The notes under the pieces were generated by a model, which had not been told where the DNA came from, made no database searches, and saw nothing but the letters and a program-made list of their open reading frames with translations. Positions 1-8,484 of a stretch of 64,000 nt of DNA are shown here, piece after piece; the stretch's first letter is position 1, and the number at the start of each line of letters is the position of its first letter. Source of the stretch: an uncultured delta proteobacterium (GTDB lineage Bacteria > Myxococcota > Myxococcia > Myxococcales > 40CM-4-68-19); NCBI GenBank assembly GCA_903911145.1, contig CAIWCD010000014.1:186001-250000 (forward strand). The letters run 5' to 3'. The translations under genes were made by a program, and so were the position numbers.

Positions 1-354
1 CACGGCCTGGGAGAAGGCATCGACGAGAGGCACGAACGCGCGCTCTGCTTCGCGTGCCGGCTTCGAGGTCCGCGTTGTCGACGCCTTGATCAGCCGCGCG
101 CAGACGAACGTGTAGACAGAGGAGAGATTCGCGCAGAGCTCCGGCGCGACGTTGTGATCGAGCGTGCGCCGCAGGTACGCGACGATGTCCGTCGCCTTGA
201 CGAGGAGCGCCGCGCCCTCGCGCTTGCGGCCCGCGTCGATCTCGGCCGCGCCGTTGCGGATGTGGCGCAGCGCCGTCTCGAAGAGCATCACCATCAGCCG
301 CTCTCGAGAGGCCGTCTCGTTCTGAATGGTTCCGTATCGAGCTGCAGGATTCAT
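1..354 (-). CDS. fliS: Flagellin export chaperone FliS (3' end runs off the window)
   Basis: Not in the ORF track. Manual translation gives MNPAARYGTIQNETASRERLMVMLFETALRHI...IVAYLRRTLDHNVAPELCANLSSVYTFV, the FliS pattern. AAGGAG RBS upstream; directly follows fliD. Confidence 0.9.
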   Translation of the reverse strand, partial: MNPAARYGTIQNETASRERLMVMLFETALRHIRNGAAEIDAGRKREGAALLVKATDIVAYLRRTLDHNVAPELCANLSSVYTFVCARLIKASTTRTSKPAREAERAFVPLVDAFSQAV

Positions 355-368
355 GGTCTCTCCTTCAC

Positions 369-1787
369 TTAGCCGTTGGCAGAGTTGCTGGCCGCCGTCG
401 ATTGAGCGGTCAGGTAATTGTTGTTGGACTTCAGGGTGCTGACGATCGACTCCATGTTGGCGAACTGCTGCACCAGGTTGGCCTGGTAGATCTTGATCTG
501 CGCCTGCAGGTCATTTTCCTGGCTGGCGATCTGCGTGATCTGATCGTTCATCCCGGTGGTGCGCGCGGAGAGCGCTCCTGTGGAGAGGGACGTGTAGTCG
601 GTCGTGATCTGCATCGCCAGCTGCGCGATGCTGTCGGAGGAGAGTCCGAACATCGCGTTGACCGCGTTCGGATCCTTGGCCAGCGCGCCCGACAGCACGG
701 TTGTATCCAGCGAGAGTGTGCCGTCGGTGTAGCTGGTCGTCAGGCCCATCGCCGGCAGCGAGGTGATGTCGGTCGCTTCCGAGATCGTCGACGTGAAGAG
801 CTTCTGCAGCCGTTGCTGGAGATTCGTCATCGTCGAATCGCCGGCGAGAGACGTCGTCGCATCGGATCCTGCGGTGACGGCGAGCTGCGCCTGCACCAGC
901 TTCATCACACCGTTGTACGCATTGATGAACGACTGCAGGTTGTTCGCCGTTGTCGTCGTGTCGGCCTGGATGTTCAGCGTCTCGTCTGCCGTGTCCTGCG
1001 CGGTCAGGTTGAGCGTGATGCCGGGAATGACGGTCGTGATCGCATTGGTCTGACTGGTGATCGGCAGCCCATCGACCGTCAGTGAAGCGTTCTTTGCCGT
1101 CGCGATACTTCCGAAAGTCGGAGCGACTCCGGTCGCGCCGACAGCCGGAGTGAACGAGAGCGCGAGCGCGTCACTCGGAATTCCTGTCGGCGGGAATCCC
1201 GTGCTGGTGGCTGTGATCGAGAGGTAGCTGCTGGTGCCGTCGGAGATGACCGCTGCGCTCGCGGGAACACCGGCTGACTTGATCGCGGTCGCAACAGTCA
1301 GAAGCGAGCTGCCGTCGGCAATCGTCACCGAATACGGCTTGCCCTGCACGGTCATGTTGAGCGTGCCACCGGAGAAGGTCTGCGTCGACGTGTAGCCTTG
1401 CGAACGGGACTTGGCCGCGACTGCGAGGTTCCCGACGTTGATGGTGTACGTGCCGGCCTGCGCTCCAACACTTGCTGACGCAGTGAACGCTGTGTTGGCG
1501 CCAGCCGTCAGACCGACTACGCCATTCTGCTGGAGGGCATCGGCCGCAGAGGAGAGGCTTTGCAGCGCCGAGGAGATCGCGCCGATCGCGGAGATCTGCG
1601 TCTGCAGCGCGGTGGTCTGTTTCTGGAGATTGGTGAGCGGCTGCGACTCAATCGAGACCAGCTCGCTGATGATGCTGTTGTCGTTCAGGCCCGACGAGGT
1701 GTTGGAGCTGGCGATGAGTTGAGAGATAGCAGTTGCAGTCGTCGATGCCGTGCTGGTCGTGCTGGTCGTGCTGGATACGGTGGACAC
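369..1787 (-). CDS. fliD: Flagellar filament cap protein FliD
   Basis: SGLNDNSIISELVSIESQP N-terminus, NASLTVDGLPITSQTN, LAGDSTM, QFANMESIVSTL C-terminus. Start moved to GTG 1787 after an AAGGAGG RBS. Confidence 0.93.
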   Translation of the reverse strand: MSTVSSTTSTTSTASTTATAISQLIASSNTSSGLNDNSIISELVSIESQPLTNLQKQTTALQTQISAIGAISSALQSLSSAADALQQNGVVGLTAGANTAFTASASVGAQAGTYTINVGNLAVAAKSRSQGYTSTQTFSGGTLNMTVQGKPYSVTIADGSSLLTVATAIKSAGVPASAAVISDGTSSYLSITATSTGFPPTGIPSDALALSFTPAVGATGVAPTFGSIATAKNASLTVDGLPITSQTNAITTVIPGITLNLTAQDTADETLNIQADTTTTANNLQSFINAYNGVMKLVQAQLAVTAGSDATTSLAGDSTMTNLQQRLQKLFTSTISEATDITSLPAMGLTTSYTDGTLSLDTTVLSGALAKDPNAVNAMFGLSSDSIAQLAMQITTDYTSLSTGALSARTTGMNDQITQIASQENDLQAQIKIYQANLVQQFANMESIVSTLKSNNNYLTAQSTAASNSANG

Positions 1788-1801
1788 GGCACGCCTCCTT
1801 G

Positions 1802-1850
1802 AAAAGGAGCGTCCCGCTCGCGTCAGGCGACGAGCGGGACGGCTCTCTCT
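1802..1850 (-). terminator. Stem-loop downstream of fliC (terminator or mRNA stabiliser)
   Basis: Perfect 10-bp inverted repeat GTCCCGCTCG (1811-1820) / CGAGCGGGAC (1831-1840), followed on the minus strand by GCTCCTTTTC. Confidence 0.65.
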
Positions 1851-1857
1851 ATTCATT

Positions 1858-1886
1858 CAATCGGCGGACTACTGGAGAAGCTTGAG
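1858..1886 (-). promoter_or_regulatory. Candidate sigma28 promoter for fliD-fliS, overlapping the fliC stop codon
   Basis: CTCAAGC-N14-GCCGATTG; same spacing as four other candidates in the window. Confidence 0.55.
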
Positions 1887-2696
1887 CGCGATTTGCGGTT
1901 GCTGGTTCGCCTGGGCCAAGACGGACACACCGGCCTGCGACAGCACGTTGAGTCGACTCATGTTGCTCGTCTCCGTCGCGACATCGACGTCTCGGATGCG
2001 GCTATCGGCGGCCGAGAGGTTCTCGGAGATGGTGCTGATGGTGGAGGCCGCGCTGCTGAGTCGGTTGCTGATGGCGCCGAGGTTTGAACGGTCGTCAGAG
2101 ATGGTGTTCAGCGCCGAGTCGAGCTTGCTGAGTGCGGAGACTGCGCCCGACGCAGTGGAGAAGTCGAGAGCGGCCGAGCCGAGCAGGGTGGCCGAGGTCG
2201 CGTCGAGAGTCTTCACCGAGATGCGGTCGTTGGTGGCGCTCGAGCCGATACCGACCTGGAAGTGCAGCGTGCCGGAGGACGAGTTCAACAGCGCGGCGCC
2301 GTTGTAGGTCGTGTCCTGCGCGATGCGGTCAACTTCACTCGTCAGCTGCGTGGCTTCAGTCTGGACATACTTGCGCTGGGTGTCGCTGATGCCGTCCGAG
2401 GCCGACTCCATCGCGAGTTCGCGGAGGCGGGTGATGATGTTCGACGTCTGGTTCAGCGCGCCTTCTGCAGTCTGCGCGACCGAGATGCCGTCGTTCGCGT
2501 TGCGGGATGCCTGAGTGTAGCTGCGGATGTCGGATTCGAGGTTGACGGAGATGCCGAGTCCGGCCGCGTCGTCCTTCGCCGAGTTGACTCGCATACCGCT
2601 CGACAGCTTCTGCAGCGTGCCGCTGAGCATGGTCTGCGTGTTGGACAGGTTTCGTTGGGCATCGATTGAGTTGACGTTGCTGATGACTGAAAGCAT
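1869..2696 (-). CDS. fliC: Flagellin (275 aa, minimal variable region)
   Basis: LSSGMRVNSAKDDAAGL, NANDGISVAQTAEGAL, SRIRDVDVATE, LAQANQQPQIALKLL. Confidence 0.98.
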   Translation of the reverse strand: MLSVISNVNSIDAQRNLSNTQTMLSGTLQKLSSGMRVNSAKDDAAGLGISVNLESDIRSYTQASRNANDGISVAQTAEGALNQTSNIITRLRELAMESASDGISDTQRKYVQTEATQLTSEVDRIAQDTTYNGAALLNSSSGTLHFQVGIGSSATNDRISVKTLDATSATLLGSAALDFSTASGAVSALSKLDSALNTISDDRSNLGAISNRLSSAASTISTISENLSAADSRIRDVDVATETSNMSRLNVLSQAGVSVLAQANQQPQIALKLLQ

Positions 2697-2742
2697 GGCC
2701 TGACTCCTTGGTTGGCGTTGGGTTTAAGTCGCCTCACCAAGC

Positions 2743-2771
2743 TCTTCGACGCAACTTCAGCGTCCGATAAG
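2743..2771 (-). promoter_or_regulatory. Candidate sigma28 promoter of fliC
   Basis: CTTATCG-N14-GTCGAAGA about 47 bp upstream of the fliC ATG; the same -35 heptamer and spacing occur upstream of flgM. Confidence 0.65.
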
Positions 2772-4928
2772 TCCGGTCTGCTTTCTCAGGTGGATCGCGA
2801 TGCGGCGAAGCACCATTGCCCGAGCGTAAAGCCGCGAAATCGGCTTGGCCTGCTCGCCGCGCTCAGTAATTTCGGCACGGGTGATTTTCAGGTTTGCCTC
2901 AACGCCGTCCGGCAGCTTGGACAGGATCGTCTGCGCCGCTGCATCCCAGCCGCCACGGCGGGAGAGCTGGATGCGCGTGCCGTCGATCTCCATCCACATT
3001 TTCATCGGCAGATCGCCGCCGATCGTCACGGGCATGGCGTACACAGTGCGGCGGTGCCGCATCAGCAGCGCTTCCATTCCGTCCGAGAGACGCGCGGCCA
3101 GTGGCGCGGCCGGAACTCCCGCGCGCAGGATCTCCTGGCCTTCGCGCAGGTGATCCTCAAGACGGTTGAGCGCGACCTCTTCGCGCATCAGGCGTCCCTT
3201 GTCGTCGCGCGAGAGAACGCACGCGGTCGTCTCGGTGACCTGGTAGACGCGGCAGTCGATGGCGTTGGGAATTGCAAATGCACCAGAGCTGCGTGCTCCG
3301 CGCTCGGGGGAGAGTGAGAGCTCCATCGATTCGGGGTCGGTGTTGCAGACGGTCGGTCGGCGCGCGAAGTTGCGCATCGGAATCTGGCGAACGCGACCTT
3401 CGCGCTCGAGCAGAACGATGCCTCCCGCCGCGATCGCCGCGGGATAGGAGCCGCGCTTCTGCATCACCGTCACCACGCGAGAGAGACGAGCGGTCGCGGG
3501 CTGGCCCTCGGCCATGAGCGGGATGACTTCGATCTCTCGGTTGCGCAGCGCTGACTCGGCGATCGCGCGCACCGTCTCGGCACCATTGAGGCGCAGAGCA
3601 GTCGGACGATATCCAACACGCAGGATCAGCGCGGTCGCGCCGACCACACCGAATGGACGCTCGGGGCTCGTGTTGACCGTCTCTGCCTGGCCACCGGTCG
3701 ACTCATCGGTCTCGATGATCAGATGAAGTGTTGACGTGACCGTATTCTTGGCGATGCGCGCGGCGAGCTTGCTCTCCGTCGGGTATCCGGCCGCAGTGAC
3801 GAGCGCGAGTGCGCGGATGCGGGCCTGGATCGCGGAGTGGCCGCGACCGAGCACGGTGCCGTCGGTAAGGCGCACTTCATGGTTTGCATTGACGAGAACG
3901 GGCGCGGGCGAGAAGCGAAGCTTGCACTGTCCGAGCACGGGAAGGAGCGCCGCCGGCAGGCCACCGCTGATCACGTCGCGGCGGAAGCGAGCGCGCAGAG
4001 CCTTCGAGTCGGCGATCGGGCAACGATGAATTGAGCGCGCGCAAAGCAGAACGAGCTCGCGGCCCACCCGCAGGATCTCTCCCGGCGGCGGGCGATCCTC
4101 TGCGGCGGCGTGCGGGTCCGTCCACTTGAGCACGTTCGAGAGAAGCGCTCCGGCGCTCGGCGATTGCGAAGCCCAGCGCGCACAGAACACCGACGGATCG
4201 GACAAGAGGCGCGCACTGATCTTGTCGGCCAGGCCCTTCTGCACAACGGCGAGCGGCGGTGAGTGCTTCTCGCCGACCATCAACATCAGCGACAGCGCGG
4301 CGAGCGGAGTGGTCGCACGCTCAGCGAGCATCGCCGCGATCGGAAGCGGTGTCTGTACCGCCGGATTGGTGGCGGTGAAGAAGCTCGCCGGAGGCAGTCC
4401 CGCGAGGAGCACACCGAGCGACATGATCGCCTGGAACGTGGGCTCATCGATGGTGTTCGGGTCGACCAGCTTGCAGTCAATCGTGCGCCCGATCGGGCCC
4501 AGCACGGCCTGCGCGGCCGCGATGCGATCGACGATGGCCTGCCGCGCGCGCGGTGGAAGCGGCGTTGCGAGCACCGCGAACAGGTCGACACCGTCGCTGC
4601 GGGGAATCGCGAAGACCGCGTCGATCGCGCCCTTCGCGCGCTGCATGCTCGACGGCGGAGGCAGTCCGAACACACGCGCGAGCGTCGTCCAGCTGCGGCG
4701 GAACTTCAGTCGCGCGATGCCCGGCGCTTCCAGCTTGAGCGGCGGCGACGCGAAGCTCGCCTGCATCATCGCAGGAAAGAATCTCAGCGCGTTCGCCTGC
4801 TCAGCAGGAAGGCGCGAAAGCATCCAGCGAAGACGCCAGCGCAGCATCGCGGTCAGCGCGCGAATGCCGCCTTCGTCCTTCTTCTGGGCCCGCTTGACCG
4901 GCGGACGTCCTGGTAGATTGGCAGCCAC
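2757..4928 (-). CDS. Class I adenylate cyclase-like protein, probably catalytically inactive
   Basis: The N-terminal ~170 aa align by eye with class I CyaA as recalled from memory, but the GSxxS...SDxD motif is degenerate. The C-terminal VLSRDDKGRL segment resembles the CyaA C-terminal region. Start is GTG 4928 (after GGAG) or 4946. Confidence 0.6.
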   Translation of the reverse strand: MAANLPGRPPVKRAQKKDEGGIRALTAMLRWRLRWMLSRLPAEQANALRFFPAMMQASFASPPLKLEAPGIARLKFRRSWTTLARVFGLPPPSSMQRAKGAIDAVFAIPRSDGVDLFAVLATPLPPRARQAIVDRIAAAQAVLGPIGRTIDCKLVDPNTIDEPTFQAIMSLGVLLAGLPPASFFTATNPAVQTPLPIAAMLAERATTPLAALSLMLMVGEKHSPPLAVVQKGLADKISARLLSDPSVFCARWASQSPSAGALLSNVLKWTDPHAAAEDRPPPGEILRVGRELVLLCARSIHRCPIADSKALRARFRRDVISGGLPAALLPVLGQCKLRFSPAPVLVNANHEVRLTDGTVLGRGHSAIQARIRALALVTAAGYPTESKLAARIAKNTVTSTLHLIIETDESTGGQAETVNTSPERPFGVVGATALILRVGYRPTALRLNGAETVRAIAESALRNREIEVIPLMAEGQPATARLSRVVTVMQKRGSYPAAIAAGGIVLLEREGRVRQIPMRNFARRPTVCNTDPESMELSLSPERGARSSGAFAIPNAIDCRVYQVTETTACVLSRDDKGRLMREEVALNRLEDHLREGQEILRAGVPAAPLAARLSDGMEALLMRHRRTVYAMPVTIGGDLPMKMWMEIDGTRIQLSRRGGWDAAAQTILSKLPDGVEANLKITRAEITERGEQAKPISRLYARAMVLRRIAIHLRKQTGLIGR

Positions 4929-4972
4929 GTGACTCCAAATGACCACCCTCTGAGGCGGACGTCCAGTTTTTG

Positions 4973-5857
4973 TTAACCGTTCGGGTTCAAAAGTGTGAAC
5001 TTGAAGCTCTGCGTACTCGCCGAGATCGCAGCCTGGAGTGCGGTCTGGGCCATCTGCAGCTTGGTCGCGGTGGCGACGATGTCCGCATCCTGAAGGTTCG
5101 ACACCTGCTTGGTTTCCGAGTTGCTCGTCGCCTGCGCGACACTCTCCGCCGCGGCGAGGGCGTTCTCGTTCGCGCCAGCTTGCGTGCGAAGCAGCGAGAC
5201 CTGGTTGGTCGCGGCCTTCAGCGCGTCGATCGAATTCTGGATCGTCGTGGTGTCGTTGTTGGCCAGCGCCGTCTGCAGCGCGTTGAGCGTCGCGATCACG
5301 TCGACACCTCCGCCGACGCCCTTGATTCCAACATCCGCGCGCACGGACGCCGCCTGCTGCACGCCCGGCGCCACCTCGATGGTGCGTACCTGCGAATCGC
5401 CCGCGTAGTTTCCCGCCGCATCGAACGGCGAAGACTGATCCTGGCTGCCTCCGAAGAGATAGCGATCGCCCGACTTGGTGTTGAGCGCCGCGATGATCTG
5501 CTGGATGAGCGCCTGCACATTCGGCGCGGCATTCGCGCGATCGGTCGCGTTATTCGAGTCGTTGGCGAACTGGACTGCCAGCTGCGACGCGGTCGCGAGC
5601 GAGCTGGTGACCGTGCCCAGCGCGCCATCTGCGATCGCGAGCTCGCTTTGCGCGGCCGTCGTCGACTTGACGATCGCATCTGCGTATTTCCCCGCCGCGG
5701 TATCGGTGAGGATGCTCGCGGTCGCCGCCGGATCATCTCCTGGCTGCACAACGCGCATCCCGCTCGAGGTCTGCTCGGTCGCGGTGCTGACGGCCGTCCG
5801 GGCAGCGCCGATCGAGCTGTTCGCATTCGTGTAGAGCATCGAGTCGGTGATTCGCAT
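4973..5857 (-). CDS. flgL: Hook-associated protein FlgL
   Basis: MRITDSM, SSGMRVVQPGDDP, DRYLFGG, LQDADIVA; follows flgK. Confidence 0.93.
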   Translation of the reverse strand: MRITDSMLYTNANSSIGAARTAVSTATEQTSSGMRVVQPGDDPAATASILTDTAAGKYADAIVKSTTAAQSELAIADGALGTVTSSLATASQLAVQFANDSNNATDRANAAPNVQALIQQIIAALNTKSGDRYLFGGSQDQSSPFDAAGNYAGDSQVRTIEVAPGVQQAASVRADVGIKGVGGGVDVIATLNALQTALANNDTTTIQNSIDALKAATNQVSLLRTQAGANENALAAAESVAQATSNSETKQVSNLQDADIVATATKLQMAQTALQAAISASTQSFKFTLLNPNG

Positions 5858-5868
5858 GGTTGCCTCGG

Positions 5869-7275
5869 TTACGGCGCGATCGCCATCAGTGCCGTCAGCA
5901 TTGCCTGCGTGGTGGTGATCACTCTGGACATCGCCTGGTATGCGCTCTGGGCGCGCTGCATATTGACGAGCTCTTCGTTGGTCGAAACGCCCGAGGCAGA
6001 TGCGCGCAGCGTTGTCAAGTGCGTGAGCGAGGCCTGATCCGCGGCGGCGTTCGCGGTTGCCTGCTGGGTCTCCGAGCCGAACTGAGAAGTGAGCGTCGCG
6101 AGTGTGGTCGCCGCCGTCTGTCCTCCGCTCATCGCCTGGCTCTGCACGTTGATGAGGTTCGCCAACCCGGTCGCGTCGCCAGCTCCCGCGGTGGAGGTTC
6201 CCTTCGTCGGCAGGAGCGACTCATCGTTGACGATCGCGTTGTTCACGGAAATGCTCCCTGCGGCGCCTGCTGCGCTGCTGCCGATGGTGAAGAGTGCCTG
6301 CCCGGCTGAACCGTTGAGCGCGAAGCTCGAGGTGGTCGCTGTATTCACCGCGCGGGCAACATCGTAGGCCAACTGATCAATCGCCGTGGCCGCGGTCTTG
6401 AGCGCTCCATCTCGAGCGGAGAGCCAGCCACCGATCTGACCGCCGATCGCCGCGTTCGACACCGAGACCGGCCCGGTGCCATCGGCGAGCGTGGCGAAGA
6501 CCGCGACGTGATTTCCATTCGAGACATCCGGCGAGGTGCTCAGCTTCGCCGCCGACTCACCTGAGACGAGCGCGAGGCCGGTCCCCAGGGAGAGCGAGAC
6601 GTCGCCCTGCGCGTCGCGGACCACCTGCGCGCCGGTGAGCGCGACGAGCGCGTCCTGCGCGTTCTGGCGAGCGTCGAGGAGATCGTTGGGCGGCTGTGCG
6701 CCCGCGCTCGCGCCGCGGATCTGCGTGTTGAGCGTGGCGATCTGCTGCGAGAGCGTGTTGACCTGCGTCAGCGAGCCGATGATCTGTGTGTCGAGGCCAG
6801 AGCGGGCCGCATCGAGCGACGACGACGTGCTGTTGAACGACGAGGCAAGCGCCTGCGTTGCGGTGACCGCGCCAGTGCGCAAGCTCGCGTTGCCAGCGTC
6901 CTGCGAGAGCGACTGCATCGACGTCCAGAACGCAGCGAGCGCCGAGGAGATGCCGCTTGAATTCGATGCATTCAGCGCATCGACCGCGGTGAGCGAATTC
7001 GACTGCGCTTGAGAGAATGCAGCTGCGCCTTGCGAGGAGGGAAGCTGCGCCTCGACGAAGCGGTCACGTGTCTGCGTGACGTTGGAGACGGTGACGCCGC
7101 CGCCAAGCACGACACCGCCGAGCATGTCAAGCGAGGAGGACTGCAGATTCGCCGTCTGCCGCGAGTATCCAGGCGTGTCGACGTTGGCCAGGTTGTTCGA
7201 AATGACGGACGTGACGCTCTGTTGCGCATTGAGCGCCGTCGCGCTGGTCGAGAGGACGGAGAAGAGGTCGGCCAT
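5869..7275 (-). CDS. flgK: Hook-associated protein FlgK
   Basis: SNNLANVDTPGYSRQ, NDLLDAR, SGVSTNEELVNMQRAQSAYQA. ATG 7275 overlaps the flgN stop (TAATG). Confidence 0.95.
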   Translation of the reverse strand: MADLFSVLSTSATALNAQQSVTSVISNNLANVDTPGYSRQTANLQSSSLDMLGGVVLGGGVTVSNVTQTRDRFVEAQLPSSQGAAAFSQAQSNSLTAVDALNASNSSGISSALAAFWTSMQSLSQDAGNASLRTGAVTATQALASSFNSTSSSLDAARSGLDTQIIGSLTQVNTLSQQIATLNTQIRGASAGAQPPNDLLDARQNAQDALVALTGAQVVRDAQGDVSLSLGTGLALVSGESAAKLSTSPDVSNGNHVAVFATLADGTGPVSVSNAAIGGQIGGWLSARDGALKTAATAIDQLAYDVARAVNTATTSSFALNGSAGQALFTIGSSAAGAAGSISVNNAIVNDESLLPTKGTSTAGAGDATGLANLINVQSQAMSGGQTAATTLATLTSQFGSETQQATANAAADQASLTHLTTLRASASGVSTNEELVNMQRAQSAYQAMSRVITTTQAMLTALMAIAP

Positions 7276-7757
7276 TACGCCCTCCTCGAGATCGAGCCGA
7301 GCGCGGCCTCGGGGGCCGGCTCCGATCCGTGGCGGTCGTAGGCGGACGGGCGAGGGGCGAGGGTGCGGACGAAGGCCCGCGTGCACGCCAGAGCGCGCTC
7401 GGCAAACGCCTTGTTGAACGTGTTGACCTCGGAAAGCTGGGACGCGAGAGCGCGAATGGCCGCGATGCGTTCAGAGAGCACAGTGGCCTCAGGCGACGTC
7501 TGCGCGAGCCGAGTCGCCACGTCTTCGCCATCGGGGGAGATTCCGGCTTCGGTCGCGGCGTCACGAATCAGTGCGCGCAAACGCGTCTGCAGAGCATTCC
7601 CGCGCTCTTCAAACGCACGGCGCTCTGCGAGCCGTCCTTCGATTTTTACGCCATCGAGCGATTTGAGAATCAGCCGCTCGCCGCAAGCGCGAGCCATCTC
7701 AGAGGTCAGTTCGTCGACCAACTCCTCGGCACAAGCGACAGCGATGGCGATTCCCAT
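7275..7757 (-). CDS. flgN: Flagellar export chaperone FlgN
   Basis: Helical 160-aa protein between flgM and flgK with LSEVNTFN...AY C-terminal pattern. Confidence 0.8.
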   Translation of the reverse strand: MGIAIAVACAEELVDELTSEMARACGERLILKSLDGVKIEGRLAERRAFEERGNALQTRLRALIRDAATEAGISPDGEDVATRLAQTSPEATVLSERIAAIRALASQLSEVNTFNKAFAERALACTRAFVRTLAPRPSAYDRHGSEPAPEAALGSISRRA

Positions 7758-7769
7758 CTACTCCTTCTT

Positions 7770-8072
7770 TCATTTCTGCAGCATCGCCTGCAGACGTGCG
7801 TCGACCTCGGCATCGTCGAGAATGCTATCGGCGATCTGGCCCGGGTCAGGTTTGTAGGTGCCATTGCGGACTGCGGTGGTCAGGTCCTGAAGTCGAGCCG
7901 ATCGCGCAGCGCCCTGCGTCTGCTGTGCAACGGCAACGACCTGCGCGAACTGCTGGCTCTGCGCCTGGCTGACCTTGTCGCCTGCGAACTCCGCAACAGC
8001 AGCCTGCGTCGCCGGCTTTGCCGGTGTTGATGTGGCGACGGGGACTGGTGGTGTTGTATCGGAGATTTTCAT
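7770..8072 (-). CDS. flgM: Anti-sigma28 factor FlgM
   Basis: MKI start, DKVS, RSARLQDLTTAVRNGTYKPDPGQIADSIL. Confidence 0.9.
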   Translation of the reverse strand: MKISDTTPPVPVATSTPAKPATQAAVAEFAGDKVSQAQSQQFAQVVAVAQQTQGAARSARLQDLTTAVRNGTYKPDPGQIADSILDDAEVDARLQAMLQK

Positions 8073-8097
8073 AGCGGTACCCTCGGAGCATGCGGTT

Positions 8098-8484
8098 CTA
8101 CGGTTCTCCAAGGATGTTGTCGGCCAGCTTCGTGGAATCGATAAGAGTCGATTTGCGTTGGATGAGCTGCGTTTCGAGATCCATTCCAGATGACGAATGG
8201 TTAGACGTCAAAATATTTTTTGTTTCGGGGGCGTTCTCTGCCGCTGCCGATGCCCCGGTGCCCGCCAGTTGCTTGGCGAGGCCCAGTCCGCCACCCTTGG
8301 TGACCGCATCGGCGAGGGTCTCGACGAACATCTGGTCGCGCATTCCCGCGCCAGGAGCATGACTCTTCCCCATCAGGTGGCAGCTCGAGAGCATCCGCTG
8401 CATGAGCAGGGATTCCATCGCCTCTCCCGCCTTCTGCGGGTCGTGGGCGAGGGCTGCGCGGCTGGTGGGGTCGAGGAGGCTCAT
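8098..8484 (-). CDS. flgJ: Short FlgJ-type rod-binding protein with no muramidase domain
   Basis: MESLLMQRML...MFVETLADAVTKGGGLGLAKQL; follows flgI. Confidence 0.82.
   Translation of the reverse strand: MSLLDPTSRAALAHDPQKAGEAMESLLMQRMLSSCHLMGKSHAPGAGMRDQMFVETLADAVTKGGGLGLAKQLAGTGASAAAENAPETKNILTSNHSSSGMDLETQLIQRKSTLIDSTKLADNILGEP
8117..8145 (-). promoter_or_regulatory. Candidate sigma28 promoter of flgM-flgN-flgKL, inside the flgJ 3' end
   Basis: CTTATCG-N14-GCCGACAA; the -10 is one mismatch from GCCGATAA. Confidence 0.7.
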
